From Squalus acanthias (lineage: Eukaryota): 64,000 nucleotides of DNA. The notes under the pieces were generated by a model, which was given only the letters and a program-made list of their open reading frames with translations, did no database searches and was not told the origin of the DNA. Every line of letters starts with the position of its first letter. Position 1 is the first letter of the stretch. Positions 12,161 through 23,684 of this stretch are shown here, piece by piece. A program made the position numbers and the translations under genes. The DNA is taken from assembly GCA_030390025.1 (NCBI GenBank), contig CM059432.1, positions 64,668,001-64,732,000 on the forward strand, written 5' to 3'.

Positions 12161-13854
12161 AAATAGAGAGGAGCACTCAACCCAATACCTATTTTGAGAA
12201 TGTTAAGTTCACAAAAAGACCAGCAATACACTTTAAAGTGTTCACTTCTTGCAAGGTCAGAATGTACCTGCTCTTCATTGACTATTTTATTTGGGTGAGC
12301 TGAGTGCACCTTCCGAGTAAGAAAATCTATACATTCCTTTAGGTCATTTTCCTTCGTTGGTGCTCTTCTAATTTGGTGAGGAGCTGGCAAAAAAGACCCC
12401 TCATCTGACTTTATGGCCCTTGCATGTGCATTCCATGCTGGTGGGTCAATCATGCCAACCAGAAAATCAATTCCCTAAACTCTTCAAATCCTAAACCATC
12501 CTATTTTGTATATATTAGTTGACCTCTTGTGACATTGCACACAGAGAGTTAGGCCAAGAGTAATCTTCAGGTGAAATGGGCTTAGAGGGCAGGGCACCAA
12601 GGAGAAATTCAGTTACCATTGTAAAGTTTGACCTTATATTTATATATTTGACAAAACATGCCAAAAAACAGAGTAGAATTAATTGCAACATAGGAGTCTC
12701 TCTATACTGCAGGCTGAAGAGCTGGGAGATGCAAAATAGAGATTCTACAGCACTACTACTAGTTGGGGGGGGGGGGGGGGCGGTGTAATTATAGCACGAT
12801 AAGTTTACATAGGCAGTTCCCATTATATATGTAGATATAAGATTTTATAATGGGAAAGTTGATTTAGGATTATCATGCAGATGTATGATTTTTTTATGTA
12901 CAGATATAATCTAAACCTATTTGTTTTTGTATTTTAGCATATGTACAACTGCTATAATTATCCCCTCTGAAATGCAAATATCTGAAATGGAGAAATCTCT
13001 TATACATTTACGATGAATCTATAACATCCTATTACATTTCTAATATTTTATTTCAATTCAGAAAACAAATTGAAAGTGTAAACTGAGATAGAGTACCAGA
13101 AACTAAGCATATATAAGCCATGAAACAATAAGGGGAAATGTTTGAAGAACAAATTGTTGGTATTGTCAATATTGATTGAAGCCAAGTCTGCTGAAATAAA
13201 AAAATTGTTTCAGGATATTGAACACAATAATGGCATTCAACTATCTAAGGTTAATTGTTATTGTACACAAAAACTATTTTTTTGTGGCTTAAGTGAATTT
13301 CAAGTCGTAGACAGTTGCCAATATTAAGAAAGGAGAGTTTAAAACATTCACTTTAATGAGAATGAAAACTACAAAAAAAAACATGAGTTTAAAAGCCACA
13401 TCAAGCCTTGTGCTGTGTTTACTACACAAGGTCTTTTTCCTTGTACAATAAACAAGCAAGTGTGTTCATTCATGAGCATACCAAGCTCTGCACAGTCAAT
13501 GCACAATGCTTGTTTCCTCTGCCTATTTTTATAACAGCACTTTAAAGTCAATGAACTACAATTGAGTTTTCTATATACAGTGTTTACACAGAGCCACTTT
13601 CAAGTAGAATGGCTAATCTAGTTTCAAAAGGAAGTCATTACAACAACTATAATGAGTTCATAAAGTGTGGAATGAGAAAATACCATTTAACCCATCAAAC
13701 TGGATCCATCCTCAATTGCTCCTTTCATGGATGTTGCTTTACTTATTTAATCTCCCATGGGAAAATTCTGCAAAACATTTAATTCCAAGAGTCAAATTCT
13801 GCAATATTTGTCTGTCCTTTAGTTGGAATAAGTTGTGCACCTTTGTATACTTGA

Positions 13855-14105
13855 AGGATATGGGTGCATTGGAGAGAGTAGAGCAAAAAGTGGCAAGAAT
13901 GATTTTAGAGATTAGATCTCAAAGTATTGAAGAGAGACTCAAAGAACTGAAGTTGATTTCACTGCAAAACAGAAAATTGAGAGGGATCGTGATCCAGGAC
14001 TTTGAACTGCTGAGAAGCATTGATAATGCAGATGCAATCAGGATACCCAACTTGGACTGTGTGCAAGCTAACTGGAGGATATAAGTGCAAAATTGATAAG
14101 CAACA
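13855..14105 (+). mobile_element. Degenerate CR1 ORF2 3' fragment
   Basis: LERVEQKVARMI..EERLKELKLISLQNRKLRG in ORF 13665-14084. Confidence 0.7.
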
Positions 14106-14329
14106 AGCAAAACCAGAGTTTAATCTTTATCCCTAATGCGTCAATTTAGTTTTTCAAATAATAGCTAAATAAGTTTCTACTTGGTATAGATTTGCAGATG
14201 ACAGAGACATGTATAGACGGAGAGTATCAAATCTGCATAGAACATGATAACTTCTGTACCATGATTCCATTACTGAACACCAACCCTTTATTTCTGAGAC
14301 TCTTACTGACCTTAGATACCTCCACATGG

Positions 14330-14567
14330 CCCTAAACACTCCTTCAGGGTGAGACAACAATTTATGTGTACTTCCGCCAACCTAGTATACTGTATTCGCT
14401 GCTCATGGTGCAGATAAGCTGAACACTTCTGTTTTGTCCACAAGTGTGACCCTGAGCTCTCTGTTGCAGGCCACTTCAATTACCGTCCCACTCTCACCCT
14501 GACCTTTCTGTCTTTGGCCTTCTACACTGTTCCACTGAAAGTCAGTGCAAGCTCACAGAACAAAACC
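14330..14567 (+). mobile_element. Penelope-like element fragment (GIY-YIG endonuclease region)
   Basis: Translates RQQFMCTSANLVYCIRCS..., followed by VAGHFN and a SVFGLLHC..E...KL.EQ-like segment, matching Penelope GIY-YIG C-terminal motifs. Confidence 0.65.
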
Positions 14568-14569
14568 AA

Positions 14570-16190
14570 GGCCGTGAAGTTAATGGAGGAGACGGGATGG
14601 TGACGGGAGAGCTGGTTTCCGGGTTCCGGTCCCGCTCCCAGCTGCAGCCGCTCTGTAAACGTGATTTTCCGTTGATTGGCCCTGTTAAGCCCACCCTGCG
14701 AGCTTCCCGGCCAATTAACAGGAACCTGGTCTGATGACGTCATTTGATGACTCGTCATCAGCCGGTTTCCTTAAAGGGACCACGTCCACATGGAGTTTGA
14801 CAGTTATTCTGTTAGTGTTTGACAGCTTTGAGGTGCTGCAAACACTGACAAGCTCTGCACAAAGGTGGACGGTTGCACCCAGCCTCTTCCATGACTCCCT
14901 CCATATGCTTATGGAGAGAGTCACAGCATGCAGGGAGGTTCTCTTCCCTTCCAAGGGTGGAAGAGACCTCCCCAGGACACCAACGCAGCCTGGTCGCACA
15001 TTGCACAGGAGGGCAAAAGCAGGATGTCCCTGGCTGCAGTGGCGCCAACCTTTCAATGATCTCAGTGGATCATCCTGCTATGCCACTCAACACATCCCCA
15101 TCACTCTGCCTTCCATATCCTTCTCCTACACATCCTTACTCACATCAACTTACTTTGCAACTCCACCCAACCCTCTCTATCTACTTTATCACTTCCCCAT
15201 CTCACTAGCCACCCCTCACACTCACCCTCATCCTACTGCAAGCATACCAACTAACAACACACAAGGGTAGGCACTTGATAGGTTTAGCCAATGTCCATGT
15301 GAAGTTTCTGGTAATGTGTTGTCATACTGTGACATCTATTTTTCCAACACTACCCCTTATTGGACAGATCTGTGCACACCTTGAGAAGTGTCTTACTGAG
15401 TTCCAGTGAATGTTGAGACATAACTTACCCCCCCCATCCCACCCCCCCTCCCGCCCCTGCTATAGTGATGAGTGTGCATGGAATGGCTTGGACGTTAAAG
15501 GGATGCTTCACGGTGCTGGTGTGGGATGGTGTCAACCTGGCACATCATGTGGCAGCCAGGGTTCACAGCGTCAAGTGAAGAAAATCTGGCCATGGTGATG
15601 CCATCGCTGGCCTCCCATGCAGCAATGTGGTCAGAGGCTGATGCCCTGTGTTCAGTGCAACATCAGGTGATGACGGAGAAGGTTGGTGATGTTGTTAATG
15701 ATGTTGGTGAGCCTGGTGATGTTGGCGTTAGGGCTAATCGTGGAAGGATTCGGAGGACCAAGGTATGATTTTTTCAAGGGCACCGATGTTGCTGCAATAG
15801 ATGGCAGCTGCAGGTGCGATGACAGAAGCGATCTGTCAATGGTGAGAGAGGTTCTCCCACTGAGGTGGCACTGGACATACAGCTGGATCTAAAAACTTGT
15901 AAGCTAAAGAAATCTCTCTATATATAAAAAATGCAGTAACCAACAATTTCTGTGCTCTGAAACTCACCATCTGCAACATGGCATCCTTTACACCACTTCT
16001 GCAGCTGTCAGCTTATCAGAAACATCAGAGCAGCCTCAAAACACGCCAGGTTGAGCTGGCGTGTTCTCCGAACAGCGGGTAACCCTTGGGGGAAATGTAA
16101 AATTTGAAGGAAGCCTCATAATAGTCCTTGCTGTTAACCTGTGTTTTTCGAGTAGGTTCCTAGCCACTGGAATCTGCTGCACTTAGCCAG
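14570..16190 (+). mobile_element. Non-autonomous Harbinger derivative (family A)
   Basis: Homologous to 2690-4196 and 52790-53873. Myb relic FHDSLHMLMERVTACREVLFP...QPFNDL. Right boundary approximate. Confidence 0.8.
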
Positions 16191-16399
16191 TTTGTCATGT
16201 TTCCATTCCTATCTAACTAGTGTCTCCCATCGAATCATGTTCTCTGTGTCTCATCTATGTCTACTTTTTGTCTTTGATTTATCTCATTATGCCTCCTATT
16301 GTCTCGTGTTATTATCACTTCTGCTGTTAATCACCTGCTGTTTTTCACCTAAGCACTTAACTCTTGACCTTTCCCGTGATTCTGTTCCTATTTAAATGC

Positions 16400-16535
16400 T
16401 GTTTATCTGTAATATTTTCCAATTTTGACAAAGGTCCACACCTGAAAGGTCAAATCTTCCATTCTCTCCGCAGATGCTACCTGGTCAGCTGAGTGCTTCC
16501 AGCATTTTCTGTTTTTGTTTCAGATTTCTAGCGAC
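16400..16535 (+). mobile_element. Penelope-like terminal repeat 3' fragment
   Basis: CAGATGCT..CTG..AGT..TTCCAGCATTTTCTGTTTTT.TTTCAGATTT, homologous to 53874-53996. Confidence 0.6.
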
Positions 16536-17312
16536 TGGTGTTATTTGTTTTCTGTTTGTACTGTTATTCTCTTGTCTTTTTTAATATCCCTTTTAATACT
16601 TATTTTGGTTATCTTCAATTAAGTAATTTAGTGCATTACTCATGTCTCAAGCAAAAGATCAAACATGCGGATGGAAGGTCAGCTTGAGGTCAAGCAGGAC
16701 TCCAAGGCCTAACAACTTTGGACATACCCTGAGCAAGCAGCCAGGAATACTGATGGAGTTGAAGCCAGAGGCATGTAGGTGCTGGAGGGAGCCGACGAGA
16801 AAGGTTTTGGTTTTATTTCCATTAAATTGGAAGGCATTTTAACTCATACTGGTCTTAATACTCAACAGGTAGTTGGAAAGTGTAGTAACACAAGTTTATG
16901 ATTTTGCTAGAAATACTGATCTACAGAAATCTTACTGCACTTTTTTTTACACTTAGACTATAGGATATCATCCTCATTGATTATATTAATCAGCTTCCTG
17001 TGCAAGATATTTTGCCTCATTGCTCAATCTGTAACTATAACTTCTTAGACAACAGGCATTGAAAATAAATATGTGCAAAAACAGAGGTGAAACCAGGACC
17101 ACTGGATTATTTGGGTAGCACACGAGTGCTCACTGATACCCAAACTACAGTAAATGCAGCATCACATCTATTCTGTACATGATCATATTCACAATTTACA
17201 TAAGTCCTATTGGAGAGTTTCTCAGTCTGTAAGCAGTGATACAGGCAGCTGATAAACAGAGTAAACAGGACAAAACATGACAAGGGCTGAAAGGCGTTAG
17301 CTATGTTTAACT

Positions 17313-17570
17313 TTAAGCATACTGCTTAAGCCTCTTCAGAATGAGGCAGAGGTTTTGATGGAAGAGTCTGTCGTTGCTGAGATCTATGACTGGAAAGTTA
17401 AATAGGAACTTGCGGATTTTAATCGAGGTTCCATTGGGAGGCCAGCGTAGAAAGTGGAGCAGTACTGGAACCAGAGGTTTCTTCAGAGATTCAGCAAGGT
17501 GCACGTCTTTGTGATAGTTGTCAGACTGGATGTACCTTGGAGTTAAACAGCTTACAACTGCATGTGCTGC
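17313..17570 (-). CDS. Terminal coding exon of a host gene: C-terminal half of a TIR_2-like domain
   Basis: Acceptor TCTTCTTGCAG| then 85 uninterrupted codons to TAA: AAHAVVSCLTPRYIQSDNYHKDVHLAESLKKPLVPVLLHFLRWPPNG..PVIDLS. This fits the TIR betaC-alphaC-betaD-(WPP)-betaE pattern. Flanks are non-repetitive and AT-rich. Possible AATAAA on the minus strand at 16812-16817. Confidence 0.75.
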   Translation of the reverse strand, partial: AAHAVVSCLTPRYIQSDNYHKDVHLAESLKKPLVPVLLHFLRWPPNGTSIKIRKFLFNFPVIDLSNDRLFHQNLCLILKRLKQYA

Positions 17571-18211
17571 CTGCAAGAAGATTTAACATAAAGGAATGTG
17601 TTAAGTAATGATCTGAGAAATATTAGAACAACCAAAATTGACAAATAGGCTGATTTTGTACTTGAATATCTATCTACTTCAGTAAATTCCTCTGTTGTGT
17701 CCATGCACGTGCAGGTGGTCTGCCTCTATTATTTAAATGGCCATCTCTCCATGATTTGGGATGGGCTAAAAGCCCTTGGTTATAGGTGAACAGGAGTTCC
17801 ACTCCAACCACACTTCTAGTGGCAGAGTAGGGACCCTGGAATTTTTTTTAAAATGCATTTCCAATTTTGGTTCATAGTTTATATTGAAGGAGCTTGTGCC
17901 TCCTTCAGCTTTTGTCTGCTGTGAAAATAGTTGATGCTTTCCTGGCTTTGCCACTAGGTAAAGTGCCATGTTTACTCCATGAGGGGCTTTCACTAATGGG
18001 AGGAAGAGTAGTAAAATATTTTAGGGTACAAACTGTACAATATTGTTAGCCTCTTATTTTTAGCTTTTATAGCCCTGAATTTCCACAGGAGTTGTCGCGA
18101 TGAAGTTAAAGCAGGATCAGGACATACCACGCGGGAATTTGGGGCCTATATCTTAAATGTGCAAAAGCACAGCCACCTCCAGTCCTGCTGAATGAATTGT
18201 AAAAAAACATT

Positions 18212-18955
18212 GGGCCAAAAATTGATGCCGCTACGCGAGAGTACGCACTGCGTACTCTCGCGTATTCTCTCTCCAATTGCCGGTTTTCTGCATGCACTGC
18301 GCATGCGCTGAAAACCGGCACTTGGTTTTTGGAAAAGGGGGCGGTTCCTCGGTGCACCGCGTGCGCGCTACAGGCTGCGCGCATGCTGTGCACTTAGTGC
18401 TTTGGACGCGCAGGTAAGGACGGAAGATTTTAGAAATGAAAAAAGGAGGAGTAAGACCCACTTTTAACAAGGTAAGTAGTGAATTAAGTATTTTTTTGAA
18501 TTTTTTTTATCAGGTATATCTTTTTTAGAGACTTTAAAGACAGGTAAGTTTATTTTTATAACTTTTTAAAAGATTTTAAATTTTTTCAAAAATTTAATTT
18601 TTTATTTAAAATGGTTAATTTATTTAACTATACTTATTTTATTAATGTGATGGTTTTTTTTATAAATTTAATTGAGGTTTAGCTGTTATTTTGGGGGTGT
18701 GTAAGATTCATAGCTTTCACAGCACGTATGTGAAACTTATGAATGGAAGATGGTGTGCTGCCATTGGCTCTAACTGAGTCACGTGATCCCACAGCTCGCA
18801 CGAATTCACTACGCCGGTGGGATACGCAAGCACTGCCCAGCTGATGTCTAGAACATCAAGTTCGTGCGAGCTGGATCTGAAAAAGCCAACGCGGAGTGAG
18901 AGATCGCGCCTGCTCCTTACCCCCGCGGGAACAGAGCGAGATCAATTTCTGGGCC
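18212..18955. mobile_element. MITE with AT-rich core (family C)
   Basis: TIRs GGGCCAAAAATTGAT / ATCAATTTCTGGGCC. ATT duplicated at 18209-18211 and 18956-18958. Homologous to 41735-43240. Confidence 0.88.
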
Positions 18956-19829
18956 ATTGAAAGTTGAAAGTAAAATGTGAATAAGGTGGGCACACACATG
19001 ACATACTGTGACATGCACAGGGTACATTTGGAGCTTTTGTGAGGGTTAGGTTTAAATGCCTTTACTTTCTTCCTAGGTCCTCAAGCTATGTGATTGATAT
19101 ATGTGGAATGGTCTAAATTCATAGTGGCAAATATCATCAACTCTCCCAATCTTTTTTTTATATCGATTTCTCTCTGATTTACCACAGTAAACAAAGTATT
19201 AATTCAACAGGTTTAAAAATAGCAATATGTATGAATATTTGATTTACAAAATGAATTTTTAACTATGGAATGGTAATGTTTTTCCCAAAATCCAAATTCA
19301 AGTTGATACTGGAGCTGGAATACATATTTTCACATTTACTTCAATAAATCTTCAGGTTACTTTTTAACGAATCTGGCCCGATTTTGTAAAATCGGCAAAA
19401 TCAGGGCTGTATTCACTTGTGATGTTGGGCTTGCCAACTTCATTGCAATAGGTTGACTTTACATGGGAAACCTTCACAGGAATTCAGGGCAAGAGTACTA
19501 TGGCTGCTAGTCTCACAATCAGGCCAACCATTAGCTCTCAAAAGGCTACTGTTGATTCTTAAAGGGAAGATATTTTGTTGGGTCTGAAACCAACCCTTTG
19601 CTATGTGAGAATATAAATGCACTATATCAATGCACTATATCAATGCAAGTTGTTGTTGTAGTGCTGGACTACTCCGCACCAACGTTCCCGCTAAGCTGCG
19701 TGGCCGTGCAGCTTTCTGGAGGTCCCATGTAGGCCGTTTACCAGCTTTTGAGTGGGAGATAAAATTTGATTGGACCGCGCAGCCCGTTAAAGGGACCACG
19801 CTCCCCCTAAAAAATTAGGGGTAACATTG

Positions 19830-20295
19830 CTCCGCACCCGCCTGGATGGGTGCAACTGCAATGATACTTAAGAAGTTCAACACCATCCTGAACAGAGCAG
19901 TTCGCCAATTCGGTGCTCCTGCCACTGGACTCAGTAACCATCCCCTGCACCACTGACGCACTTTACCTACAGTATATACAATCTACAGAATACACTGCAG
20001 CAACACACCAATGTTACATTGACAGCCCCTCCCACTCCTGAAATCCCTACTACAGTACTGAGAATGGCAAGAGCAGCATATGTGGGAAGAACATCACCTT
20101 CAAGTTCCCCCCTAGTAGCACATTATCCTGACTTGGGCATACATTGCCATTCCTTCAATGTTGCCTTTATGGGAACGCTATCAGCAAAATGGCTGTAATG
20201 GTACAATGAGAAGACCCACCATCACTTTTGTTGGGCAACTAATGAAGGACAATAAATGAAGCCTTGCCAGTGTCACTCACACCTGGAGAATAAAT
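19830..20295 (+). mobile_element. 3' fragment of the LINE family seen at 58269-61300
   Basis: GCCTGGATGGGTGCA..AAGAAGTTCAACACCATCC..CAATAAATG aligns by eye with 60800-61260. Confidence 0.8.
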
Positions 20296-20991
20296 ACACA
20301 TGCTTGCTCTTCATCATAGAAGGCCTGGCTTCACTGGAAATGTTTCTCTCCTGCACTCTCAGGGAGAGAGCTTACAAAGTACATGGGCCCAAAAACCTTT
20401 GATACCGCCATAGCAATGGCATAGCATGACTTCCAATGGGCCAGAGACATATCTGCTTAACTCTGTCAAATTTCCTTGGATCAGAAAATTAGTTTACTGT
20501 TGATGGGTGCCCACGCCAGTATCAGAACAGCTGGCACGCCTGTTAGGTGAGAGGAGGTGGTAGGAATATGCAATGATGTCATCCTGCCAGTCCCCCTTCC
20601 TAGATGCCAGGCTACAAGGGGTGGATGCAAGAACTTCCCTCATGCTAGCACATCCTGGAACAGGCTTAGACCCAGTGTAACTGGACCACACCCCAATTTC
20701 CACCCCACTTATCTCTGCCTGCCCTGATAACGCTGCCATTTCACTCCCATTGGCGAGGATATTCAGCGCCCCAGTATCCCTTGTTGCAACACTCTTGCAT
20801 ACAACAGAAGTTGGATGGCAAACTTACAGTGGGGCACAGTAATACCTTGCACATAGCAGTTCCTAGTTTTGCTTGCTTAAAGTACGACCAGTAGAAACAT
20901 TGTGCCAGTTAATTTGCAAAGTTTTAGCAGAGGAGTACTGTTTGTGGTGCTCAGGAGTTTCTATCATCTTCTTAACTGTCTTTTGTTTATA

Positions 20992-21060
20992 GGCCAAGGT
21001 GACGCACAACCACAGGGAGAGGACCAGGACAGCCAAGCGACCACCCATTATTAAACAGCT
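20992..21060 (+). pseudogene. Isolated relic of Harbinger Myb-gene exon 2
   Basis: TTTATAG|GCCAAGGTG.. gives AKVTHNHRERTRT, resembling AKLSHNRREQQCT at 38803 and the equivalent exon at 45026. Confidence 0.5.
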
Positions 21061-21334
21061 GATGCAGTATCCAAAGATAGCCTTTACCTTTTTCACTGGG
21101 AATATATGGAAGGAATTGAAGGGGTGATACCATAAGCCAGCAAGTATCCTCTATCCTCTGCACACTAATGTTTTTAATTCTCCTACTGGGAGTAGAGTTG
21201 CTTAGCAACAGTGTAGAAACACATAATTTTTTTTATAGAATCATAGAAATTTACGGCACAGAAGGAGGCCATTCAGCCCATGGTGTCTGTGCTGGCCGAA
21301 AAAAAGACAGTATGATACACAAAGTGCCTTATGA

Positions 21335-22036
21335 ACCGGAATTTTCAGAGGTAAGAACGGGTGGGTTGGGGGTGTGGGGGGAAGTGAAAGTTGTAAAAAC
21401 CTGAGCCCAGCCTGCCTCCAATCCGCCCACTTTCACCATTCACTCAGGCGGGACTGGGGGTGGGGAATGGTCGGGCTGCCAACCCGCTGCCAGGTGGCGG
21501 GTTGGCAATTTAAATATTATAATGAGGCCTGAAGCCTCTTCTTTAACCTGCTTTGCAGGTTTTACTGCAGGCGGCGGGGAATCCCGGGGCTCGGGACTCC
21601 TGGTGGCTGCAACGAGGCAGCCTTAGCCTCAGTGAGCAATCCATTTGGGCTGGAAGGAGGAGGAATGCTTCCGCCCAGCCCTACAAGCTCCCCCACCATC
21701 AGCCTGCACCCGCTGGGGTCGGGGATCGGACCACTTCTGGGGATCGATCTCAACCCCGGGGTTGGGAATCGGACCCCCGGGGCATCGGACATTGGACCCC
21801 CCCACAACTTGGAAACCCTCCCCGCACCCATCCTGGGCCCAGTACTTACCTGGTCCTGTGGCCTCCTTGTCCGAGTTCCCTGCCCGACTGGAAGCCAACC
21901 TTTCAATCAGGTTGACTTACGGGCAGGGAACCTGCCTTTCCCGTCGCACGCACGCTGTGGAGTTAAAACGTCCACGTTTCCCAACATCCCCCGGGTCCCC
22001 CTGCACCGTGCAGGTGCGATCCGGGAAAATCCAGCT
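21335..22036. mobile_element. GC-rich Harbinger-type MITE
   Basis: Ends CCGGAATTTTC / GAAAATCCAGCTC. Shares subterminal sequence with 22094-22957 and 29127-29812. Confidence 0.65.
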
Positions 22037-22093
22037 CTCTGAAGGCATTGTAAGTTCTTCCCAAGATGACAAAGCAGGACCAAGTGACTCATG

Positions 22094-22957
22094 GGCCAGA
22101 ATTTTAATCCTTTGACGGGTTGGGAGCGGAGGTGGTTGGTGGGGGTGTAGGGTGCTCAGAAACAGTTGGGAAACCCGGGAGAGTGGGTTTCCCGAATTTA
22201 ACAGCAGGGCCTGGTTTGCGTTTGAAACCTTTGTTTCGCACCGGCAGCCAGCCAGATGGAGAGGCTGGCTGGCTCCGGTCAGGTAGGCCTGCGGTGCTAG
22301 GCCGCAGAGAGGAGGGAGGGAGGGATCGAGTGGGGGCCGAGGGCTGATCGAGGGGCCGGACTCAAGCATGGAGGAGCCGGGGGCTGATCGAGGGGCCGGA
22401 GGAGCATGGGGGGGGGGGGGGCGCGGGGATGGCAAAGCACATCGGGGGGCCGGAGGAGAATTGGGGGGGGGGGGCCTGATGATCATCGATGGGGTGAGGG
22501 TTGCCGGGAAGGTGATCAGAGGCCTGGGTGGGGGGTGGGGGGGAAATCGAGGGCTGTGGTGGGGGGGGGGGGAAAGTAATTGGAGGCCTCGTGGGGGGAT
22601 CCCCGATCGCGATGATGGATTAGGCAGGGACACTGGATCCAGGAGGTAAGTGTAAAGGCACTTACCTCCTGGATCCAGCAGTCCCCGCCTTCCCTTAGCT
22701 GTCAGGTTTCCCAAGGCCTTCAAAACCCGACCAGCCACCGTTAAGTTTTAAATTGTGGTTAAATCTGAGGCACCCCAGCCTCATTATAACATTTAAATAG
22801 ACGACGCGCCTCCTGGGAGCGGGTTGGCTGCCTGCCTCCCTGTCCCACCTCTGTTAAAATCAGAAATTGATGTGTTGGAGTCGGGATTCAGATTTTTAAC
22901 ACTTTAACTTCCCATCCGACCCCAACCCACCCATTTTTGGGGGTTAAAATTCCCCTC
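22094..22957. mobile_element. GC-rich Harbinger-type MITE (family D)
   Basis: TIRs GGCCAGAATTTTAATCC / GGGTTAAAATTCCCCTC. ATG duplicated at 22091-22093 and 22958-22960. Homologous to 29127-29812. Confidence 0.8.
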
Positions 22958-23684
22958 ATGGTTTCTCAAGCATTGCATCAGATTGTGACAAGCTTTCCCC
23001 TGCTTCATCAACACAGCTACTACCACCCCTCCTCCCCCCTGCTGCCCCTCCCCCCCGCAAAATTTTTAAGAGCGCATTTGAGAAAGGTACAGCAGGTAAG
23101 TCACTGCTCCAAAGTGAGGAGCAAATGGAGGTGGCAGGAGAGGAACAGCAAAGCACAGGCCTGGCTGAGAGCCCACATTGTATATTTTATGTATGGGCAA
23201 CAGATTGGTTTCCCACTGAGCCTGCCTTTAGGCCTACTTTTTGATGCAGGAGTACAATGCATCTGTTACATCCTTTGAACGTGCCGTGAGGAGCAGCAGG
23301 GGGAGAATGCACTGCAGTGCATCACCAAAGTCACTTGAGTGTTGCAGATGAATTAACGGAAATGCAGAATACAGTGGAGTGTGTAGCATCTGCACAACAG
23401 TATATACAGATATGAACTGCAGGTGGTTCATTTACTTTATATAGGTATGACCTTCAGTCTGGCTTATCTGACAGATTTCCCCGTCAATGGCCTGGAAAGA
23501 TCTTGTGCCATTGAAGCATAAATGCCATTGTAACCTTGACAGCTATGGGAAGAGCTATGACAGTCACAGAGGATATCTCTAAGTCATGGTGCAGTAAATG
23601 ATATTGCTCAGTCACTGCCTGCGCAATGAACAGAAGGCAGCAAAAATAGATCCTTCAGAATACCCAAGCAGGAATCTGTTCTGT

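Noticed and set aside
12515..12640. NFTMVTEFLLG resembles an olfactory receptor N-terminus
   Set aside because: The frame stops about 27 codons later with no transmembrane helices. Likely chance.
21842..21853. U1 snRNA gene (TACTTACCTGG)
   Set aside because: Only about 11 nt match and the rest of U1 is absent. It is a consensus splice donor on the minus strand.
21917..22738. 273-aa proline-rich ORF, and similar ORFs at 42062-42652 and 23971-24391
   Set aside because: These arise from GC-rich, poly-G MITE sequence that is poor in stop codons. The first also crosses an element boundary.
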